Positions 61,266 to 64,000 of a DNA stretch of 64,000 bases are shown here, piece by piece. Made by a program: the position numbers and the translations under genes. Position 1 is the stretch's first letter. Every line of letters begins with the position of its first letter. Origin of the DNA: Marsupella aquatica. Lineage: Eukaryota > Plantae > Marchantiophyta. The stretch spans positions 2,533,324 to 2,597,323 of the forward strand of contig OZ316891.1 in NCBI GenBank assembly GCA_973895155.1, read 5' to 3'. Below the pieces are notes generated by a model. It was not told where the DNA came from, searched no databases, and saw only the letters and a program-made list of their open reading frames with translations.

Positions 61266-64000
61266 GGATAGCCAATCTCCACCCATAGCAGGAAAGTTAC
61301 GAGGCCCACTTAGCTGTTCAGCTCCTGGACCATATACTCCCTCAACAAAGCCATGATCAAGATCTTCCTCAGCTCGGCAACAATTTCAATACCTACGTAC
61401 CTCCTCTTCATGCCGTTGTGAAGGGCGCTGGTAGATCCTGTCGAGGACCGAGCAAACGAGGTGAAACCAAACAGATGCCCAATGAATTATAGAATAGAAT
61501 GACGGAATGAATCAATGTATCAGCCAAAGTGCGAAGATTAGATTTCTAATGAGAAGAAAGGGAATATGAAAGATTATACAAGTAGTCAAGAAACCCCAAA
61601 AGTTCATAATACTTCTCCCCAGATAAGACTGATCGCAACAGAGAAGAAAAAGCACAGAACTCAATTAAGAGAGGGTGAAAAGCTCATCAAAAAGTAAGGG
61701 ACGCGAAAAAAGTGCCACCTGCTTCAAAAAGGGCAAAGACTCTAGAGATTCATAAAAGGGCTACTGACACAGCAATCAATCAGTAGATGGAGTTGTTGAT
61801 TTCTTACTAAAATTTTGAGGTGTTGTGCGTCCTGGAGAGATATACTTGATGGAACCCTGAATTCATAAGTGCTACGTGTGCTACTTGATGTACCCCATGA
61901 GTTTTTGGGTATGTTGATTGAAGGTCCATCAAGGATCTGGACACTCATGGGGTCCATCAAGTAACACTTTTTATCTTGGGGTCCATCAAGTATATGTCTC
62001 ATGCTCCCTGAAACTCACTAGCACCTTGTACATGGTATGCGACCTGTATTGGTCTACCCACAGTGAGCTTGATGTACTTACAAAAACTGGTTTACCCTCA
62101 TGACATCTACCACGTCCATCTGGGATCTTTGCTTCACATATCACGGCCATTTGAGATCTACTACTGGGATTTTCTATCTCGAAAATAGTTTCAGGCTGAA
62201 CTTTTAAGCACATAGAAGTATATCCATACAAGCTAATTGACTGACCGCCTGTAACGCCCTGGTTAATACACTTCACTCTCCAGAAGACTTTCAATTGTAC
62301 TATTTGTGGTTCTTGTGGTTGCAGACCCTGGTTTCAAAGGGTCATGGAATAAGGTCACAAAGTTGATGGTGCAACTTTGGTGCCCTCAACCAAGTAAGTT
62401 CTGCAGACCTAAAACCCCTTCTGTTTTGTCCCTAAAAATAGGACAAATTAGTGCCAGGACCCCTTGATTATGTAAGCTTGTTTTATTAAACTATTGGAGC
62501 CATGAAGAGTTGCACATTGGAATAGATTGGATGAGAGGACAAAGATTAAATGGAGGATTCTAAATGAAGTGAATTCTAAAGATAATTAGGACAATTTCAT
62601 GAAAGACAAATAGGAGTACATTCATGGTAAAACAGAGGGTATTCTCCATGCAAATTGTTTCCCTTAGTACCTCTATGTCTATACAATACAAGGAACATTC
62701 CATATATTAGTTCATGCAAAATTACTTTGTCCATAGTAGTTAAAGTCCCTTGGTATTTCTCTACCTTGGATAGTAGTTATGGTGTTTCTTATCTTTGCTT
62801 GTTGCTCCTCTATCCATAGTAACCAATGGGTTTCTTAAGTTACCTTGATAAATGTTAGAGAAGTTGAAAAGTTTCTTAGGTTTCCTCTATTACCTGGGTA
62901 AATGTTAGACTAGTTGAAGAGTTTCTTTCTACTTGTCTTTTATTTCAAAAAAATGTAAATTAAATATAGAATTGGAATAGATTTCCAGAAAACATTGATA
63001 TATCAACCCGTATATCAATCACAACTCATCCAAAGATTATTTCTTTCACCCCTATTTTACCCTTTTCTTTGTTTACATGAAATGTTCCTTTTCATTTTTC
63101 TATTGTTTTTACAGCTACAGGGCTAATTGTTTTTATGTGCCTTGCCTCAAATACGAAGAGTCAAATTTGGTTCGTCTTGCACAACTAATGTTTCTTGTTT
63201 GTGACAACTCATACTAATGTAGCTACACGGAATTTTGGGAGGAACTTCCCATGGGGTCAGTAACAATGTGAAAAGCACCCATGTCAAACAAAGAATCTAG
63301 AGGAAATTACTAAATTGCCTCTACAAGTTACCAAATTTTGTTAAATACTTGTATAACTTGTCCTTGAATTTGTTTAGCTAAAAAAACCACCCTTTCTAAA
63401 CAAAATATCTAAAAATTAATATCAAAACTGCCTAAGTAGCTCTATGGCATGCAACGGTCCTAGCCATCCATGATAATGCATTCAAGACAAATACATGGTG
63501 GTTGTAACAAAATTATACCAAAGAGGTTTTCTGTGCGGAGCAATCCTTTCAGGTTTTACTTCCAATATTTGGGCTGGAAGAGAATTCCCAAAAAAGATCC
63601 TTGTAATTGAAGTGCCTAGCCATATGTTTGTAGATTTCCAACTTCAAGGATATTGTCTGATTTTTGTTGACTGACTAGTATGATAAATTTGGTAAAATTT
63701 CCCTAGAATCAACTTTGAATTGGGTGACTTTAGTTGTGTGGTTGATTGGGCAATGTTCTAAGAGCTATTAATTTTTGTGATTTGGGCTACTGCTTGAAGA
63801 CAACTGATCATATAGCTTTCAATTTCAACATCATCCTTGAGCCACAGCAATTTTGCTGCAGATGTTAGGCTCTTTCAACCCAGAAAAGTTTGGCTGTCTA
63901 TCGGTTCAAACCTCTGCAAGGAACCAAGAAATATGGAGAGGTGGAAAATACTCTAAAATGTATGATTGTGCACTACACCAACACTTCTGGTCATTCTGCA

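Overview
Eukaryotic land-plant nuclear DNA with spliceosomal introns and TE-rich intergenic space. A non-flowering lineage such as a bryophyte or lycophyte is plausible but is inference only. Six protein-coding genes are supported: a LIN/CERBERUS-type U-box/ARM/WD40 E3 ligase (minus strand, running off the left edge), a PHT1 phosphate transporter, a FatB/FatM-like acyl-ACP thioesterase, a DUF179 (AlgH/UPF0301) protein, a single-exon SRC2-like C2-domain protein and Mg-chelatase subunit CHLI. There is also a decayed duplicate of the C2 locus. Mobile DNA includes a decayed Ty1/copia element (45124-49273, 5-bp TSD) whose integrase region is replaced by a hairpin-repeat insert, a related solo LTR with TSD, a third degraded LTR, two MITE families and many tandem repeats. 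The most interesting observation is that three consecutive genes within about 38 kb (LIN-like, PHT1, FatM-like) belong to families whose members drive arbuscular-mycorrhizal infection, phosphate uptake and lipid supply. An exact CTTCTTGTTCTA motif and a P1BS lie upstream of the PHT1. This suggests a candidate symbiosis gene neighbourhood, which needs phylogenetic, synteny and expression tests.
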